From Podarcis muralis (taxonomy: Eukaryota), in assembly GCF_964188315.1 (NCBI RefSeq), contig NC_135670.1:6572001-6636000 (forward strand): DNA of 64,000 nt, written 5' to 3'. Shown in pieces: positions 60,066 to 64,000 of the stretch. The notes under the pieces were generated by a model, which worked only from the letters and a program-made list of their open reading frames with translations, did no database searches and was not told where the DNA came from. The translations under genes and the position numbers were made by a program. Each line of letters opens with the position of its first letter. Position 1 is the stretch's first letter.

Positions 60066-60569
60066 TTATGCACAGATGTTACCACGACGCCCGAACTTCC
60101 TTCCAAGGAGTGCTCCCCTCCCGTAACCCAAACCATAGCCGAAGCCCCCAGAGCTTCCAAGGAGACCAGACCCATAGCCCAAGCCCCCAAAGCCTCCTAC
60201 GATCCCGGAACCACCAACAGCACATGGAGTGTTGCCTCCAACAGCCACAGGCTCACAGCTGGCAGAGAGGATGGGCCCTGGGATGGTCACAACGCAGGCA
60301 GGTGGCTGGACCACAACTTCTGCTGGTGGGATTTGGTTGATGCAGGATGGGACAACTCCTGCCAGGACTCCGAGGTTGGCTGCTCTTTCAGCACCTCCAT
60401 ATCCATAGCCGAGACCACCAAATCCGTAGCCGAATCCTCCATTTCCATAGCCAAGACCTCCCAATCCATAGCCGAGACCACCATAGCCAAGACCTCCTGC
60501 TGATCCAAACCCAACAGTGGGGGTGGAAGCACAGGATGGGACAGCACAGGATGGACCACAGTCAACCAT
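60066..60569 (-). CDS. Corneous beta-protein G8, 167 aa
   Basis: MVDCGPSC...GGAERAANLGVLAGVVPSCINQIPPAEVVVQPPACVVTIPGP...GRRGNICA. Acceptor AG at 60588-60589 (minus). Confidence 0.96.
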   Translation of the reverse strand: MVDCGPSCAVPSCASTPTVGFGSAGGLGYGGLGYGLGGLGYGNGGFGYGFGGLGYGYGGAERAANLGVLAGVVPSCINQIPPAEVVVQPPACVVTIPGPILSASCEPVAVGGNTPCAVGGSGIVGGFGGLGYGSGLLGSSGGFGYGLGYGRGALLGRKFGRRGNICA

Positions 60570-61489
60570 GTTTGGATGGAGGTGAGTCTGAAACCAAAAA
60601 CACCAAGGTAACACAGTAAGCCATGGCTGAAGTTGAATCTAAAAAATAAGGTTGCAGAACCGAGGAGAACATGGAGCATGAAAACCAAAAAACAACAGAG
60701 AATTATAAATCGTCAGATATGATGTATATGAAGGAGGCCCAGTGTTGCATGCTTCAACTCCCACCAGATGTAGGCAGAACGTCCTATGGTCAAGGATCAT
60801 GACAATTGTAGTTCAACAACAATTGGAAGCCCAGTACTTATTCTCTACTCTCCGACACATGTTCCAACCAATCAGGGTTCACATATTATAGGTTTATTGT
60901 CCAAACTCCATCTGTGAGGTTTTGTCTTCTTCCCAAAAATTACTACTTTAATTTTAGAAGGGTTGACTGTTGACTGTTCACTGCTCTTTTGTGCAAAGGA
61001 CATTCAACTTCCTCAAAAGTCTTTGCATCCCAATTAAGGTAGCAGAAACCAAAACAATATCGTTGGCATACAGAAGAACTGAGAGTTTGACTTCCTGAAC
61101 AGAAACAGGAAAATATTCTAGGCCTCCTAGTTCTTGAACAATATCATTTATATACAAATTGAAAAGAAAGGGTGCTAGGCAGCATCCCTGTCAGACGCTC
61201 CTCTCAGTAGGGATATTATCAGAGAGCAACCCATTTGCCACAAGTCTAACCCTAAGCAAAGTATGGCTATGCAGCAGTTTATACAACTATGAAGTAGGTA
61301 TGATGAACTGTAGACCTCCAGTTGTCACTGGACTTTAGTCCCCTCAGTCAGCAAGCCCAAAGGTCAAGCATGACCAAAGGTCAAGGACCAAATGGTGCTC
61401 ATTCTTGCTCTAGTGGGAATATCAATCTAGCCTTCTGCTGTCATAAACTTCTGATAAATTACGAAGTATTTCCCCAAGAAATCGGACTT

Positions 61490-61575
61490 ACCTGCTTCTT
61501 TGAGAAGATGTAGTGAAGACAGACGAGTCAGATGAAGCTGTTGGAGGAAAGGAGAGAACTCTGAGCTTTTATATA
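61490..61575 (-). promoter_or_regulatory. G8 TATA box, exon 1 (about 61492-61544) and donor
   Basis: TATATAAAA at 61567-61575 (minus); ccaacagcttca at 61533-61544; cag|GTAAGT donor at 61491. Confidence 0.8.
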
Positions 61576-62194
61576 GTTCTTCCAGCTGCCCCTTTGACTC
61601 AGAAACCGCCTATTTCCTGCAAACATTTTACTTAGCTGTCACCAACGCAATATGCAAAATTACTTTGCTAAGCACAAAAGAGGGAGGTCACAAAATTAAG
61701 TGGTTGTAATAATGCAACACAAATAGTCTTGACACCATGTTTTTCCCTCACTCATTCTTTTAATGTTGCTGGCCTCAAGTCAAATTGCTCTAATTTATCT
61801 GTTGCTTTTAACCAGAAACACCCAGAGGGAGAGGATGGAGATTAAGGCTCCTTCATCAGCTCTGGGGACTCTCAGTCATTATCAAAGCTTTTTGCATACA
61901 TAAATGGGATTTTAGGACACCACCAATATTAGAGGAAGGCAGAGTCTTAAAATGATGTACAAACATGGGAGAAGCTTTGCTGCATCAGGGGAAAGACCCA
62001 TCTAACCCTGTCCTTGTAATGGCCAGACAGATGGCACAAACAGGACCTGCAAACAATAGCAGAAAAGCGCTATGGCCCCAGTGTTCTACGTGGAATAACC
62101 AAGAAGCATCTGGTTGGCCACTGTGGAAAAGATGATGCCTTTGCTCTAAAAAAAATTAAGCAAACAAACTAGAACTATAAACTCCATGCAAATA

Positions 62195-62418
62195 CATTGG
62201 TCCCTTGGTTCTCAAAGTCCATTTGACTTCCAAAACGTTCGAAAACCAAGGCACAGCTTCTGATTGGTGCAGGCGCCCCAGAAACAGTAGCCAACAACCG
62301 CACTGGATGTTCAGCTTCCAAAAAAAGTTCCTAAACCAAAGCATTTACTTCTGGGTTTGCGGCGTTCGGGTTCCAATTTGTTCATCAACTAAGCCATTCG
62401 AGAACCAAGGTTCCACTG
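62195..62418. mobile_element. Tc1/mariner-type MITE
   Basis: TA-cattggtcccttggttctc...gagaaccaaggttccactg-TA. Confidence 0.7.
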
Positions 62419-63187
62419 TATATAAAATAAATACAATACATTTTAAAAATCTGAAACCAAAGGAAGGCACTGTTGTTGACCTCTGCTCATCTTGAGAGAC
62501 AATGGAGTGCACCTACAGGGGTTAAGTCAAGCCACTGTGTTAGCAGCACTGAAGTGATCTCCCTGGGGCAAAAGCCTGGGCAGTGGGCATGGAGGTCCTG
62601 GCCAGCAGCCAATGAATGTAGACCAATACGTTTGGCACCAGCTTGGCTGCATGAGTTGCTGGAAGGCAGTTTACAAGGCCCCATCCAACCGTCTTGGGGA
62701 CTGTACTCCAGATTTGTGTAGTGTTTACTTGTTAGCCACTTCTTCACCTGAAGATATCCTGCAAGCCAGCAGAGGTTTAGGATCAGAGTTTTCCTTCTCC
62801 TTGATGGGGCTACCTTCCCAGGTTGACAAGCACCATCTGCCCCACACTTCCCTATACAACTCATGCAGAAACCACCTTCTTGATTGCTGGGCCCACTATT
62901 GGTCTCGTTAGCTCAATGCAAGCAGGGAAAGTCCCTAGCTCACCAAGGGTTTGAGGCCTATTGGCTACCCTCACCTGGTTTAGGGGGACAGTCGAAGCTG
63001 CTCCTGGGGTGTGGCCAATGTCTCATGCTGCCAGCTTCTGGGAGCCATCGGTGAAATTTGAGTGCAGGGTGGGGACCAAAGGTGGGCAAAATATCTGAAA
63101 AGGAGCATGTTGTGTCCCCAGACAGAGGCACTATCCCTCCACGAACACCCTGAACACCCCAAAAGAATGCTATTATTACTATTACTA

Positions 63188-63542
63188 CAGTGGTACCTCG
63201 CAAGACGAATGCCTCGCAAGACGGAAAACTCGCAAGACAAAAGGGTTTTTGGTTTTTTGAGCTGCTTCGCAAGATGATTTTCCCTATGGGCTTGCTTCGC
63301 AAGACGGAAACGTCTTGCAAGTTTGTTTCCTTTTTCTTAAAACCGTTAATACAGTTGCGACTTGACTTCGAGGAGCAACTCATAGCACGCGGTGTGGTAG
63401 CCTTTTTTGAGGTTTTTGAAGACTTTGGTGATTTTTGAAGCTTTTCCAAAACTTTTCCGAAACCGTGCTTCATAAGACAAAAAAAATTGCAAGACGAAAA
63501 AACTCGTGGAACGAATTAATTTCGTCTTGCGAGGCACCACTG
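63188..63542. mobile_element. Tc1/mariner MITE (family B) inserted in a (TTACTA)n tract
   Basis: TA-flanked cagtggtacctcgcaagac/gtcttgcgaggcaccactg; the tandem repeat continues on both sides. Confidence 0.85.
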
Positions 63543-63624
63543 TATTACTATTACTATTACTATTACTATTATTACTATTACTATTACTATTATTCCCCAG
63601 TCGCTCTGGGCAGCTCCTAGCATC

Positions 63625-63753
63625 NNNNNNNNNNNNNNNNNNNNNNNNNNNNNNNNNNNNNNNNNNNNNNNNNNNNNNNNNNNNNNNNNNNNNNNNNNNN
63701 NNNNNNNNNNNNNNNNNNNNNNNNNNNNNNNNNNNNNNNNNNNNNNNNNNNNN
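63625..63753. other. Assembly gap (129 N)
   Basis: Run of N. Confidence 1.
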
Positions 63754-64000
63754 ATATATATACCATATATATTTATGGTTAACAAGCAATTAGCAATCCC
63801 GCTTTCAGAAACCATCAAAACACTTTCATTTATTAGCAACAAATCACAAACACAGATAGCTGAAATGATTGTGATGGTGGATGTCATTCTTAGGTTGCAT
63901 CCATCAAAATCCATCAAGGGTGATGTCTGGCTTGTTCATTGCTTTCAGTTGGTCTACTCTCAGTACGGATAAACAACAGATCACCAAAAAGCTGCCATCT

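Overview
Squamate reptile genomic DNA, most likely a lacertid lizard (inferred from the Sauria SINE, BovB, CR1, L2 and L1 content), from inside the corneous beta-protein (CBP, beta-keratin) cluster. That cluster lies in the epidermal differentiation complex (established knowledge). Eight intact CBP genes (G1-G8) alternate strictly in orientation (+ - + - + - + -). Each has a TATA box, a 53-58 nt non-coding exon 1, one intron, a single coding exon and an AATAAA. Neighbouring genes sit in multi-kb inverted repeats, and their promoters, N-terminal domains, beta-cores and tails are combinatorially mixed. The clearest case is G6 (45870-46337, minus). It has a G7/G8-type front half fused in frame to a G5-type tail, apparently by a ~3.2 kb inverted copy of the G5 3' region. 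What looks like its displaced original C-terminus survives as an orphan fragment at 42711-42830. The remaining sequence is mostly SINEs, LINE fragments, Tc1/mariner and hAT MITEs, solo LTRs, microsatellites and two assembly gaps. All alignments were done by eye and need computational confirmation.
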